A DNA stretch of 64,000 bases from Eledone cirrhosa (GCA_964016885.1 OZ024742.1:310930001-310994000); one strand, 5' to 3'; counted from the first letter of the stretch, positions 1 to 14,845 are shown. The notes: generated by a model from the sequence alone, not told the origin. Translations and numbers: made by a program.

Positions 1-709
1 GTGTGCCACGAATCTGGTTCGTCTCTCTCAGATGGTATGAGAGATTGCAGGTAGATATATGTGTACAAATATAAGTTCAACCCCCGTTGTGGACCACTTG
101 AGTGCTACAGTTAATCCGTCACCAGGCTTAACATCTCCGCCTAGACCTTAAATGCCTTTAGCTGAATATTTTCTGCTGAAAGCATTCAAGCCAGGCCACC
201 GATTTGAGGACACCCCCTTCTTCCACCGAGGCCATGAAAAGTGTCATGGACATTTACACGTCGCTCCTTGATCAAACGGTATAAAACATTAATAAATACG
301 CAATATGGATGACGACATGAGGGGATATATGTGAACCTGGGGAAGAAGCTAATTGGACGTAGCCCGAGATCAAACAAGTCTGGAAAGCTGAGGCCGCTGT
401 AATAACAATATAAGAAGAAAAGCAAGGATATTCAGGTCTGTTTGACATGTCTATTCTCCTCGGGTGATTAGATCGTTGAGATTGATGTTAATTTTCTCGA
501 CTTCTATACATTTTTTGTATAAATTTCTGAGATGAGATATTATCTTCATTAGAATCTGATACATTCGGATTAACGTTTTCACCTTTAATTGTTATACGCA
601 ACTTTTCGGCCTGTGCACCCTTTGAATAACTTTATCATGTGCCAGTCTCTGGATTTCTAGTGAAAACTTTTATTTAATCCATAGATGTAAACTGCTCAAA
701 TGCCATTTT

Positions 710-990
710 CCTAGTGGTAAGGGTGTTGGATTTACGATCATAATGCCATGGGTTCGATTCTTGGACTGGGTTGCGTGTTGTGTTCTTCAGCAAAACACTT
801 CATTTCACGTTGCTCCAGTATACTCAGCTGAAAATGAGTACCAGCAATAGCTGGGGGTTTAACACTGTGATGGACTGGCGTCCTGTCCAGGGGGGGGAAT
901 CTTGTACTGTCGGACGCTTCAAGCTATGAGACTGGGATAATCACCGGCCTAACGAGCCCTAAATGGCTCAGACAGACTTTAGACTTTAGA
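710..990 (+). mobile_element. tRNA-derived SINE, family B
   Basis: A-box-like TAGTGGTAAGG and B-box GGTTCGATTC, body gtgttcttcagcaaaacacttcatttcacgttgctccagt, short (GACTTTA) tail; second copy at 36901-37080 (-). Confidence 0.85.
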
Positions 991-1757
991 CATTAATACA
1001 TGAAGAAGACCTGGGATTCCAACAGCCAAAAGGTCGTAACTGCAACAGCCATGAAAATACACCAATCGGAAGATATCAGATTAGACATATAGCTGATGTC
1101 TTAAGACAGAAAGTTGAGAGGAAATTCTAATGAACTGAAGTTCTGGGATAAAATTATTAGAGAAACGATTGATAGATTATGATTAGTGCATGCTTTGAGG
1201 GGTTGTTTTTATTAGGGGCGGCGTAAGTGGATATGATGGCACACAAACCAATTTAAAGAAATAAATGACGAAAATAGTTCTAGAGAACTACAGGAAACTG
1301 CCAGTCCTCTACATTCACGTACACAGTAATTTGCTATAGAAAACCTTTTTCTATATCAAAAACATTATTATATTAAAGATACCACATCAAACGCTACGCT
1401 AAGTTACATAATACCAGAACGAACGAGGGAGCCTCTACATAGTTGCGCATTTGACCTGATAGAAATAGAAGCTACATGCCATCAAATGTTATGTAATTAA
1501 CAAGATATATAGCCTATCTGTTATCATGCAAGTTGACAGAAACAGATATTTTTGTTTTTATTTATACACAGCCTTTGCTCTGTAGTCTACCACATTTCAA
1601 TAACTAGTTGACTGTTTCAACACAAAATCAAAAGCTCAGAAGTAATATAACTTTAGTTCATATGAAAGAAGGCATCTGAGTGCATTATTTGTTTTACAGA
1701 AAACATTACAAAATGATGACTGGCCAACAACCTTTAGAATATATAAGTGTGTGTGTT

Positions 1758-1845
<88 letters not shown>

Positions 1846-1930
1846 TACATATACATATATATACACACATATATATATATATACATATATATACATGAAT
1901 ACACATGCATGCGTATATATATGAATGCAT

Positions 1931-2000
<70 letters not shown>

Positions 2001-2043
2001 GTACATACACACAAATATATGTACGTACAAACACACACATACA

Positions 2044-2074
<31 letters not shown>

Positions 2075-2187
2075 GTATGTGTGGTAGTAGTAGTAGTAGT
2101 AGTAGAATTATAAATACAGCTATATATGATACTTTGTAAAGATTTGCTTTATAGAATATTTTTTATATTTCTCTGCAAAAGAGATAA

Positions 2188-2375
2188 TTGTTTCTACTTT
2201 TGGCACAAGGCCAGCAATCATCCCAGTGTATTACTGGTACTTTATTTTATCGACCCCGTAAGGATGAAAGGCAAAGTTAACCTTGGCGGGATTTGAACTC
2301 AGACCATAAAGGGCCGTAACTCTTTGCTGCAAAGCATGGCGTCCGACCCTCTATCGATACTGCCAATCCACTAGC
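2188..2375 (-). mobile_element. tRNA-derived SINE, family A
   Basis: Reverse strand carries B-box gagttcaaatccc followed by the core aactttgcctttcatccttacggggtcgataaaataaagtaccagt; at least 7 copies in the window. Confidence 0.85.
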
Positions 2376-2420
2376 AACCTATCACTGTCTGATTAGGATG
2401 TTTACTTAATATAAATTGTG

Positions 2421-2588
2421 ACAGAGTTACAGCCCTTTATCTGAGTTCAGATTCTGCCGAGGTTAACTTCGCCTTTCATCCTTACGGAGTCGATAAAATA
2501 AAGAACCAGTAATGCGCTGGGGTTGATTTAATCGATTTTCACCTCCCCCAAGATTGTTGGCCTTGTACCTAAATCAGAAACCAATATT
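2421..2588 (+). mobile_element. SINE family A, 5'-truncated, head-to-head with the previous copy
   Basis: gagttcagattctgccgaggttaacttcgcctttcatccttacggagtcgataaaataaag...ggccttgtacctaaatcagaaac. Confidence 0.8.
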
Positions 2589-2772
2589 TAAACGAGATAA
2601 ACTTTGCCGTTTTGTTCCTTAAAACTAGTTAATTGCTAGAAACCTTCACACACATCTAAAACACATCGATCTGTTCATCGTTTGTCAGTCATACTGAGAC
2701 CATTTACTATTTAGTAGTGGTGGTGACGGCGATGGGCGTGTTGGCAGCGACGGGGGTGCTGGCGGCGGCGGC

Positions 2773-2804
2773 AGTAGTAGTAATGGTAGTAGTAGTAGTA
2801 GTAT

Positions 2805-2861
<57 letters not shown>
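2773..2861. repeat. (TAG)n microsatellite (another at about 10002-10146)
   Basis: Directly visible. Confidence 0.95.
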
Positions 2862-3116
2862 CATGTTAGTTGCAGTAGAAGCTATTGCTAGTGTAGCAAT
2901 AAAATAAACAAAGGAGTTCTCGTTTATGTAGAGGCCTTAGTTATATGACATCGGGCAAACAACACTGAAGTTTCTACCTAATGTCACCACCATCGACATC
3001 TTTTTTTACTTCCTTTTCTATTTTTATTTATATAGATGTTCAGTCTTTTGCATGTTTACATTTTGCGTTTCCCTTTTTCCATCTGCAATCTGACAAACAC
3101 ACGCCTCGTATTTGTG

Positions 3117-3147
<31 letters not shown>

Positions 3148-3154
3148 TGTATGT

Positions 3155-3200
<46 letters not shown>

Positions 3201-3217
3201 AAATATATATATATATG

Positions 3218-3269
<52 letters not shown>

Positions 3270-3272
<3 letters not shown>

Positions 3273-3621
3273 GTATAGTGGTAGCTATGGTGCTTCCGTA
3301 GGCGGTATGCCAAAATAGCACTCGATATTCAGCAGAGTAGAGTGTATATATTATAAAGAAAACGAAAAATCAGTGATGCATCTGGACTTAGTTTATTTCG
3401 TGTTACAAATGTTTCGCCAGCATGTAGCTCGAGTCATGGTCTTTGTATGGATCTGGCTGATTCTAAAATTTGCTCCGGACATAACACCCGTGTCTGAAAG
3501 AACCTGCAGAAGTAGAATCAGCCAGATCCATACAAGGACCATGACTCGAGCTACATGCCGGCGAAACATTTGTAACACGAAATAAACTAAGTCCAGATGC
3601 ATCACTGATTTTTCGCTTTCT

Positions 3622-3630
<9 letters not shown>
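3270..3630 (+). mobile_element. Penelope-pLTR-like non-coding element with fold-back inverted repeat and hammerhead motif
   Basis: Arms about 3347-3465 and 3512-3630, bounded by (TA)n; related copy at 16315-16637. Confidence 0.75.
3489..3579 (+). ncRNA. Type I hammerhead ribozyme motif, long stem II, one extra A in core
   Basis: stem I cgtgt/acacg; CTGAAAGA; about 60-nt stem II; GAAA-CATTTG-TA (predicted GUA cleavage). Confidence 0.6.
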
Positions 3631-3703
<73 letters not shown>

Positions 3704-3864
3704 AATATATATGTATGTAAATATATATGTATGTAAATATATATATATATGTAAATATATATATATATATATATGTATGTAAATATATATGTATGTAAAT
3801 ATATATATATGTAAATATATAAAGGTTATCATATACATAAAGTTAAAGATATATATATGTTGCA

Positions 3865-4512
3865 ACTGTTCACTTTTAAGCTCTATGAAGAATTAATAAA
3901 TTAAAATCAAAAAGTCAGAGCATTATATCATAAATCATGTCTTTAGAATCATCAGATATTAAAATATATACTACTTCTTCTAATTAGCATAATTAACCAT
4001 ATACAAAATCAATCCTAGCAAGCTATAAGAATAAATTCTCTTATGGGGAAATCTCCGACAAATAATCGATCGTAGCCTCTTCGCGGCAGCCCCGTTCCAT
4101 TATTTATCCAACATTTCGACAGCATGCAGAAACTGACTAAATATACCATCAACCATACAGAATTAGTTGTAAAATTAAACTTAGAAGAAATGCGCACATA
4201 CCGTAATTATATCTCTACCATGGTTTCTTCCTTATTTAGAACATCCAAATAATAGGAATGTCCAGAGTTAGGTTTCATCAGGAGACAAACTCAAAATCAG
4301 ACATCTAGTTTTTCAAACTGATCCCGCCAAAATTAGATGGAACGGGGCTGCCGCGAAGAGGCTACGACCGATTATTTGTCGGAGATTTCCCCATAAGAGA
4401 ATTTATTCTTATAGCTTGCTAGGATTGATTTTGTATATGGTTAATTATGCTAATTAGAAGAAGTAGTATATATTTTAATATCTGATGATTCTAAAGACAT
4501 GATTTATGATTT
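3865..4512 (-). mobile_element. pLTR-like fold-back element, about 175-bp arms with an HHR in the spacer
   Basis: Near-perfect inverted arms about 3927-4101 and 4337-4510 between (TA)n tracts. Confidence 0.75.
4211..4286 (-). ncRNA. Type I hammerhead ribozyme motif
   Basis: Minus strand: gtctc-CTGATGA-aa-cct...agg-aa-GAAA-CCATGG-TA-gagat; palindromic stem III ACCATGGT; 5-bp stem I. Confidence 0.7.
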
Positions 4513-4631
4513 ATGTAAATATATATATATATATAAATATTTATATATATATATATGTATGTAAATATATATATATATATATGTAAATATATCTATATAT
4601 CTATATATGTATGTAAATATATATATATATG

Positions 4632-4727
<96 letters not shown>

Positions 4728-5004
4728 TAAATAGTCGAGAATCAGAATCTCGGCCCACGAAATAATGATAAACAATTTTCGACATGTGTGGCAGAGGGCT
4801 CAATAGTTTGGATGAACCAGAGCTATAACTATCGTTAAAATACCAACACATAGGGACGATACCTACATCTTTCGCACAGCCGAAAAAAACGACCAGGAAA
4901 TTTCGGGTCACTCAAATAATAAATTAATAAATTAATAAATTAAATGAATATATATATATATATATATGTATGTAAATATATATATATATGTAAATATATA
5001 TATC

Positions 5005-5063
<59 letters not shown>

Positions 5064-5084
5064 AAATATATATATATATATGTA

Positions 5085-5136
<52 letters not shown>

Positions 5137-5146
5137 TGTATGTATG

Positions 5147-5753
5147 TCAGGTCCCCAGTTGGTGCTACTGGTAACATGTATCCCAGTACAACCTGTCTCA
5201 TGGTCGGGTCGTTGGCGACTAAACTGGCAACCCCGCCAAGGTTTCTTGGTGAGGAGGGTGACTTTGGACATCCTGCAGGACTAAAAACAAAACCTGTCAA
5301 AGGGAAAAGGAGCTCGTAAGAGTCAATGGCCATCCAAAATCACCGGGAGAGATGACCCCTTAGCCTTTGTCAAGGCAGAATTCTAGGAGAAGGCAAACTC
5401 TGATATAACACCTGCAACCCTGATGGTATCCAATGTTGTTGACTTGTTCTTTTTTTTGGTAAATATCATCTTGGTTAAGAGAGTGGGACTGGCTTTGTGC
5501 AGTGCCTTTGCTCACTATAAAAGCTTCACGGCACAGGCTTTGCTTTATATCTGGAGATCTCTCTGCACTTGTCGTCACATGGTACCATGGGCCCAGCACT
5601 ATGTGTCAATAATTGTCACAAGTGTAGTGTTTGTACCAGAGTTTTCAAGTCGCTGGCTAGACTAAAAAGTCAGACTTGTTCAGCGCATCGGTAGGGGTTC
5701 TCCTACATGGATATAAATGAGTGGCCGTACTCGAAAACGAGTTGGCAGCCACC
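5147..5753 (+). mobile_element. Non-autonomous internally deleted RTE-like retroelement (about 607 bp), copy 1
   Basis: RTE-like 5' UTR motif ctaggagaaggcaaactctgat (ctaggagaaggaaaactctgat in most copies) joined to a remnant C-terminal zinc finger ([16 protein letters not shown]); starts in and ends with (TATG)n; six copies in window. Confidence 0.7.
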
Positions 5754-5772
5754 ATGTATGTATGTATGTATG

Positions 5773-6378
5773 TCAGGTCACCAGTTGGTGCTACTGGTAA
5801 CATGTATTCCAGTACATGTCCCATGGTCGAGTCGTTGGCGACTAAACTGGCAACAATACCAAGGTTTCTTGGAGAGGAGGGTGACTTTGGATATCCTGCA
5901 GGACTAAAAACAAAACCTGTCAAAGAGCAAAGGAGCTCTTAAGAGTTAATGGCCATTCAAAATCACCGGGAGAGATGACCCCTTAGCCTTTGTCAAGGCA
6001 GAATTCTAGGAAAAGGAAAACTCTGATATAACACCTGCAACCCTGATGGTATCCAATGATGTTGACTTGTTCTTCTTTTTGGTAAATATCATCTTGGTTA
6101 AGAGAGTGGGACTGGCTTTGTGCAGTGCCTTTGCTCACTATAAAAGCTTCACGGCACACGCATTGCTTTATATCTGGATTTCTCGATGCACTTGTCGTCA
6201 CATGGTACCATGGGCCCAACACTATGTGTCAATAATTGTCACAAGTGTACTGTTTGTACCAGAGTTTTCAAGTCGCTGGCTGGACTAAAAAGTCACACTC
6301 GTTCAGCGCATCGGTAGGGGTTCTCCTACATGTGGATATAAAGTAGTGGCCGTACTCGAAAACGAGTTGGCAGCCACC
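5773..6378 (+). mobile_element. Same RTE-derived element, tandem copy 2
   Basis: Diverged head-to-tail copy separated from copy 1 by (TATG)n. Confidence 0.75.
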
Positions 6379-6383
6379 ATATG

Positions 6384-6419
<36 letters not shown>

Positions 6420-6488
6420 TAAAGTGGTCCTTCATCAGTGATCTTCCAACCATCATCGGTATTTCTTCGCTTTGTATATATATATATG

Positions 6489-7495
<1,007 letters not shown>

Positions 7496-7504
7496 GTATG
7501 TATG

Positions 7505-7577
<73 letters not shown>

Positions 7578-7578
<1 letters not shown>

Positions 7579-7990
7579 ACAAAGGAATTGTGGTAAGGAA
7601 CCAAATGGACCATAACTCACCAGCGTACTCAATACTTAAGGTAGTAGAGTGGGAAATAGGAAAAAGTATGACCCCCGACGGCAGAGCTCAAGCCGTTTCG
7701 ACGGCTATTTCAGGACTTTTCAAGGGGGTACTTTTCAAGGGGGTACTTCCTTATATGGGAAGATTGTAGTTGTCAAGAGGATTGGTTAAAATTTGTTGTA
7801 AACACAAATAAGTCTATCATGGTAATTGGTGGGAGGTAGGGGTGGCTGAACTTGCCTGTAGAACAATAGGGGAGGAAGTGGAGCGGTCAAGCGTTGAAAG
7901 TGATATGTATACAGCAGATTCTAAGGATAGTGTATAAAGTGGGGGAGGGAGGTTATAGAATAAAGAGAGTAGGGGACAGTAAAAGATACT
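7578..7990 (-). mobile_element. pLTR-like family C 3' end (also 16131-16300, 41610-41719, 46340-46681, 49117-49313)
   Basis: Shared family consensus gccgtcgaaacggc...agccgtcggggtcctgactcttttcctattacccactctactac...ccacac..cctttgtt, ending in (TA)n in every copy. Confidence 0.7.
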
Positions 7991-8169
7991 AGTGAGTACG
8001 TTGCTCTGAGAAACACCAACAGTGTGAAACAGAATCTGTCAGCTTCTCTCCCTTCCTTTGCTGAAAAAAGAAGTAAGTGACACAGTCACTACTTTAAAAT
8101 GATAGCGCAAGGTCTTCAAAATGTTTTTAATTAAACATACGGTATATTACCAAATATACTATACATGCA

Positions 8170-8217
<48 letters not shown>

Positions 8218-8416
8218 AAATTTTATATAGAAAAGGCTTCTATAGGACTAGAACTGTTTCATTCGAAGGAATACCATATTTACTGTGGTTATTCCCGATT
8301 GAACCTGCGATTCGCATATATATATGTGTATGTGTGTGTGTGTGTACAGAGAGAGATGGAGATATTGATAGATATATAATATATACAGATAGATAAATAG
8401 ATAGATGGATAGATAG

Positions 8417-8485
<69 letters not shown>

Positions 8486-8821
8486 CTTTGATAACTTTGA
8501 TAGGTTTCGTCCAGTATTGGCCCAGGCCATCTCTAACTTAATAGCACCACCTGGCGAAGTCTTTCAAATCAGGATTTGGAGACCATGGCCCACTCAAGTA
8601 GAGAGTTATTCTTTATGGAGACATATCCGGGTGTACGAGGTTTAACCGGGATTTCTTGACGGAATTTGTCCAAAGACTTCTAGTTAAGTATGTAATAACA
8701 GTTACAGGCGGCGCAGAGTTTGAAGCACTCTGTTTGGGTTGGATTACAATTGTAATATGCAAATAAAGTTTGTACATATGCTGCAACACTGACTTCCACT
8801 CTTTTAAATATCTCTCTCTCC

Positions 8822-8966
<145 letters not shown>

Positions 8967-9064
8967 TGTGTGTGTATGTAAGAGGTAAACAGAAATAACA
9001 ACACAATCGGTACAGTATATGGAAGGGATATATTAGGTTAACGTTTGATATAGCAGGAAGAGGG

Positions 9065-9100
9065 TCTTAACGTTTCGGACGCTAGTCTTTCATCAGAAGA
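9065..9100 (-). ncRNA. Minimal type I hammerhead (loopless ACGT stem III) in a short element about 8980-9130
   Basis: Minus strand: tctt-CTGATGA-a-agac-tagc-gtcc-GAAA-CG-TT-aaga; related copy at 57582-57610. Confidence 0.65.
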
Positions 9101-9149
9101 AAGAATGAGAAATAAGATAGATTGAGGGGACGGTCAACGCGTAACTCTA

Positions 9150-9440
9150 ATTCTTGAGAAAGTCGTAACGGCGCCATATTGATATATGGCGTTTCTAGGG
9201 CATATTTCTAACCTGGCGAAGCTCATCACTTCTCCAGTTCTGATTACAGCAGATTTCTTCCAGGGAAGGATAGAGAGAAAAGAAGAGAGAAAGAGTAATA
9301 GAGGAAGAATCGACCCTAGTAATAGACTGGTACTTTTTTTATCGACTTCAAATGGATGAAAGGCTATGTTGTCCTCGGTGGGATTTGAACAGAGAGTAGA
9401 GAGCTGGAACGAATACCGCAAAGCACTCTTGCCGACACTC
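9150..9440 (-). mobile_element. SINE family A variant (same subtype at 47410-47663)
   Basis: Diverged A-family core plus cagcagatttcttccag segment shared with the 47410 copy. Confidence 0.7.
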
Positions 9441-9770
9441 TTATATATATATGTGTGTGTGTGTGTGTGTATGTGGGTGTGGGTGTATGTATGTGCGTAT
9501 GTTTGTGTTTGTGTGTGTGTGCGCGCGCGTATGTCTATATGTGTGTGTGTTTGACTGCGGCCATATTTCTCTTGTGTTCATACTCCTGCTCAGCCGTTTG
9601 CTCTAATAATCATATTCCTCTCATCACCTTTGTGTGTGTATTCTTGTATGTGTTTGGATGTGTGCATACATACTCACATACTACATACATGTGCATATAA
9701 TATACATGCAGACATGCATATATCTGTGTGTGTATGCATATGTGTGTTGATGTATGTGCATATATACAGT

Positions 9771-9815
<45 letters not shown>

Positions 9816-10001
9816 ACATCATATCCGGCTTATATACTGCTATGATATGTTTGACCCAATAGGGATATATTTCTCTTCCAGTTGGGAACTGTTTCAAGGT
9901 CGTTTAACGGGACGCCGTCCTAATATCCGCTGTCCCAGAAAATAACGAAGAGGGACGTACAAGAAAAATGAAAACTGATGCTTCAACACTATTAAATAAA
10001 C

Positions 10002-10078
<77 letters not shown>

Positions 10079-10097
10079 CAGCAGCAGCGGCAGCGGC

Positions 10098-10147
<50 letters not shown>

Positions 10148-10649
10148 AGCTGGCCGTAGTGGTATTGCTGCTGCTGTTAGAGTGGTGGTCATGGGATTCA
10201 CCATTTGTCATTATATGGTTCTGGGTTCGATCGGCTGTGTTGGCTTCTTAGGTTACTGCCATTTTTTTTTTCTTCAATAATCTTACGTCAAAAACAAATA
10301 CACGGCAATTGTGTGGCATCCCACACAAGAATTGGAAGAATTACCTTGTTTTCGGTATCAGGTTTGTTTTTTAACCTCTAGGGCAGAGGTTCTCAAAGTA
10401 GACGTTACCGCTCCCCATGGAGCTTTGAGAAGATCCAGTAGGGGGGGGGGGCTGGAGCCTAAGGGGGCAGTGGCTGGTAGAGATGATATATTAGTATATT
10501 AAATATCCAGTGATATAAATATAGTAAAATAAAAAAATATATATGTATTTATACATAGTATATGTATATTATATTATGTATTTATACATAGTATATGTAT
10601 ATTATATTATATTATTTATACATAGTATATGTATATTATATTATATTTA

Positions 10650-11162
10650 TCTATATTATAAAGCTGACGGCCGTATGTATGTAACAAACTTTATGCCAAA
10701 TGGCTGGACCAAACAGCACCAAATTTGCACCAAAGATGTAACTTTTTCCAAGTAAGAAAGTAAGAAAGTGAGGGTCTTCGAAATTTCGTTAAAAGATTAA
10801 AGATATTTTTCGTTTATTTAAATATTCACTTCTTTAAAATTTTCAAATGTCAACACTTCCAGTTATACGACATTCCCCTCTCTTTCTTAGTCTGTCTTTT
10901 TTTATAGATACATAGCTATAACGTCGCGCCCTTATAATATGTCTCTGTATGTCTGGCTGTCTGCATTAGATACATAGCTATAACGTTGCTCGCTTATAAT
11001 ATATGTCTGTCTTCACGAACCAAAGTATCGTCTTCCTGTTTTCCTTCGGTTGCAACGTTTTTCGAAATATTTTCTTCTGCGTTCACAGATTGATTTTTTT
11101 AGTTTCAGAAGATCCCGTTAAGGGTGAAAGCAGCGATTCTTTGCTTAAAGTTTAATCTGTTA

Positions 11163-11229
<67 letters not shown>

Positions 11230-11899
11230 GTGTACAGATATTTTTGCATACTAAAAAGCAAAATATAAACAATCGTATTTATTTCCCGAAAGCACAGAGG
11301 GCTTATCCTAATTGTTACTGCCGATATGCCACCCAAAAAGTCCCAGCCTGCCCGCAAGATCAGATTTTTCAGAAGAAAAAATGTTACTAGAGCAACAGTG
11401 AGACTAAGCTTCGCGATTACCATCAACAAAGCTCAGGGTCAAACCCTAAAAGTGGCTGGCCTTCATCTGGGAAAAACCATGCTTCTCCCATGGTCAATTG
11501 TATGTAGGGTGCTCTAGGGTGAGCTCGCTAAACAATCTCTTCATCTTTGCTCCCGAGGGCCGAACAAAAAATATTGTATACTCTGAGGCTCTAACAATGT
11601 ATTTTCTGTTACTTGGAATTTCCATTATGGTTGTACAAATTATTGTAAAGTTTGTTAAAAAATGTGTTCTTTGTTCAGCCTTTATTGTTGTAACTATCAA
11701 TTTTCTTTAACGCACTGGCTGCTGAGCTGGGGAATCCTAAAATCTATTCAAACCCAACATCAGAGCACGGTACCCCTCCTCCCTCCCCCTCTCTGACTTG
11801 AGAGGGCGTGCGGTATCTTTGCACTGGAATGGAGGGGGAATCCTGAAAAGATAAAATGCCGGTATACCTAGCCGGGCGCCAGTCGGACAGGCCAGCTAG
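10650..11899 (+). mobile_element. Non-autonomous Helitron
   Basis: A|TCTATATTATAAAGCTGACGG start, GC-rich subterminal segment then CTAG|T end; carries PIF1-like helicase C-terminal remnant. Confidence 0.85.
11393..11592 (+). pseudogene. Helitron RepHel PIF1-like helicase C-terminal fragment (frameshifted)
   Basis: VRLSFAITINKAQGQTLKVAGLHL / CFSHGQLYVGCSRV...RTKNIVYSEAL. Confidence 0.9.
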
Positions 11900-12532
11900 T
11901 TATATATAAATTAATGATTTTATTTATTATATATTATTGACAAACGCGTGTAGGTAGGTCTCTCTGAAAATAGGGAGGGCGCTGAGGGTATTACGTAGCC
12001 GTGAGGGAGAGTGTGGCCCAAAAGTTTGAGAACCTTTGCTCTAGGGGTAGTGTCTTTTAGCGTTCTTGGTCCCCGAACCATCTCCCTAGTTTCTCTCATC
12101 GGGACGGAGTTTGCTACAAGCAACAATGAACCCCGCGAGTTCGATTGGCTCGGCGTGTCTCACTTGCTAACATCTAAGATAACTCTTTCTCCAGACTATC
12201 AAATGTTACCATGATGCGGTATACGCCTGGGGCTCTGCACGCCGGAGATTGTTCTCTGACCATGCCCAGATATATATCATTGTGGTAGTTATGGTGGTGG
12301 TAGTGGTGGTGTAGGAGGGGGGGTATATATATGCTACCATTATTTCAGTATTTATAACCAGTTTTATGCATCGTAAAAAATGTCTCAATTTCTCTGCAAG
12401 ACCCTATACGCTGGGATAACGCTTTCTCTATTTTGTCCGTTGCGAGTGTGAGGAGGCATGCGCACATTAGACAGCGTTTTCCCACATTGTCAAGGTATAT
12501 ATATCATTGTATTGATGGCGGTGGTCTGTATG

Positions 12533-12601
<69 letters not shown>

Positions 12602-12649
12602 TTTGACATAGGTAACGCTTCCTCCACACTCCTGTGAAGTTATATGTGT

Positions 12650-12681
<32 letters not shown>

Positions 12682-13284
12682 TGTGATGCCAGTGCGTCGT
12701 CGTATAGAATGCTTTCTAGTACTGCTGAGGTCAACTTTCATGATCGTTAAAAAGGTACCAGTCCAGTAATGGGGTAGTCTCTTCATCTACATCTCTTTCA
12801 CTGGAAGAAATTGGCGGTATTCACACTTGAAGTGTGTTTAGTCTCCGCCCGGGTTAAAATGCCCAAGACACGCTGTATGTCATAACGGCACATTTACGAT
12901 AACTGTGTGTGTATGTATATATGAATATAAAAATTAGGCCGTGAGCTTACAATGATAATATCATTAAAAAACCACGTGGGATTAAATACAGGAAACAAAA
13001 AATTCATGAACAAATACTGCTCATCGGCTGTCTTCTGATGATCATTATCGTTTGATGCTTTTAAAAGACAGGACTATTCACCACCAGCGCATCAATACTA
13101 TATGAAGAAAGATAGCTAATCGGGATGAAAACACAATCGACGTTGGACAAAAGTAACAAGAGGAAATATTTACATATCGAGACGAGACAGGAAAATTGCT
13201 ACAATCGAAAGCGACACATATATGTGGGTAGATAACCGTGATAGGAATGAAGAAATTAGATTAACACAACTTAGTACGAGCAAT

Positions 13285-13336
<52 letters not shown>

Positions 13337-13599
13337 CTTCTGGTTTTATAATTTCACAAAGTTTTACCAATAGAGAGAGAGTCGGTTTCTAACATAGACA
13401 CAAGACTCTCTCATTGGAATTTACACAACACCAACTAGGTAGATATGTATGTATGCATGCATGTGTAGATATGAATGTTATTGTATGTGTGGATGTGGAT
13501 GTTTTGAGTTGTATGTGTGCATGTATATATGCTTTGTATCTGTACATATGCAGTTATAATTTTTGGAATATTTTACATATTTTTACTGTTCCATTAATG

Positions 13600-14845
13600 G
13601 ATTTTACTTATAATTTCCTAACTAGTTGTGTTCTTTCTGTTCCTGTGAAGCTTAGCTTCTCAAGATTTGTATTGAGGCAGTTACTAACATACCCAAGTGC
13701 CTCAATAATCACAGGCATAAATCTGAAGGTGTAATCAGGGTGGAGTATCTGCAGATTTCTCATCAGTTCTGCATAAATATTATCCTTTTCACTAATCTTT
13801 GATATTATATTGGCATCTGCTGGTCAGCTAATTTCCACTACTGTGCATGTTTTCTTCTCCCTGTCCCATATCATAATATCTGGTCTGTTATGCCTGCATT
13901 TTATTGGGGGTTTTACTGGAACATTCCACCAGTACTCTTTCATATTATGTACATGGATGTCTTCCACATTGTTATAGCTTTTAATGTGTTTATTATGGGG
14001 GCTATCTTTTTTACGAACTGCATTGTACAGTGTTTTGGCCACTACATCATGCCTTATAGGTAGATAGTACCGCGATGACATCTTTGGACAGCTGCTGATG
14101 ACATGGGTGATATCCTCGATGTTAGTTCTGCAAAGTCTGCACTTGTTATCACATATAGGTGTTTTACCTGCATCCCTATCTCTTTTGTGAATCAGGTATT
14201 TCGTGCTAATCTCCTGTTCCTGGATTGCAAAAGCGTATCCTTCAAAGTGGGAGCCAATATAGTGGTTGTTGGTCCAAGATAGACTACTTTACTTATCTAT
14301 ATTACTCTCACTCTGGAGCTTCCTGGCAACATATCCATGCATGATTTTTTGCTGATAGGCATGCAGTTTTTCATCCATGGATTCACTGCGATACTGTTGA
14401 GCGGCATCCCTGGGTGTGAGTTTTTGATTATCACACAGGGAATATCTCTCAAGGAGTTCCTTCCCAACTCTCATGATCTTATCTGTTTCATGCAGATAGA
14501 CTTGCTTGAGAAATGGGCTCCTACGCTTCGAGGTTCGTAGATGTCGAAGAGATAAGATGCGACAGTCAAATGTTGTCTGGACTGATGTTAGGCCTCTGCC
14601 TCCCTGCTTACGTTTCAAGTAATAGGCGGTCTATGTCACTGTTGTTGTGGAAGTTTCAGGTGTTGTTCAGTATTTTTCGAGTTCCAACATCAACTGCTCG
14701 GATTTCGTCTATCGTCCAATTGAGTATTCCAAACGTTGGTGTTAGGACAGGCACAGCAAACACATTGTGAGCCACTGTTTTGTTTTGCGCAGAGAGTTCC
14801 GATGACCAGATCTTTCTTAATTGGGTGTAGTATTCCATGGTTACA
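13600..14845 (-). pseudogene. Decayed 5'-truncated R4/Dong-type non-LTR retrotransposon (different family from 25493)
   Basis: Fragments KRKQGGRGL, RHDVVAK, CRHNRPDIMIWDREKKTCTVVEIS (RLE PD motif), broken by stops and frameshifts. Confidence 0.85.

Larger units (their letters stand above)
10384..12038. mobile_element. hAT-type MITE with a nested Helitron
   Basis: TIRs CAGAGGTTCTCAAA / TTTGAGAACCTTTG; perfect 8-bp TSD ctctaggg (10376-10383, 12039-12046). Confidence 0.85.

Noticed and set aside
710-775. tRNA gene
   Set aside because: A/B boxes are present but there is no complete cloverleaf; it is a SINE head.
1000-1045. ATGAAGA-a-gacct...aggtc-GTAAC as a hammerhead
   Set aside because: Stem II pairs but both core boxes are mutated and stems I/III are absent; at most a relic.
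8000-8080. Small exon suggested by splice-like motifs on either strand
   Set aside because: No consistent acceptor-donor pair with a recognisable peptide.
13030-13070. ctgtctt-CTGATGA...aagacag as a hammerhead
   Set aside because: Good stem I but no GAAA box; possible deleted relic, not counted.
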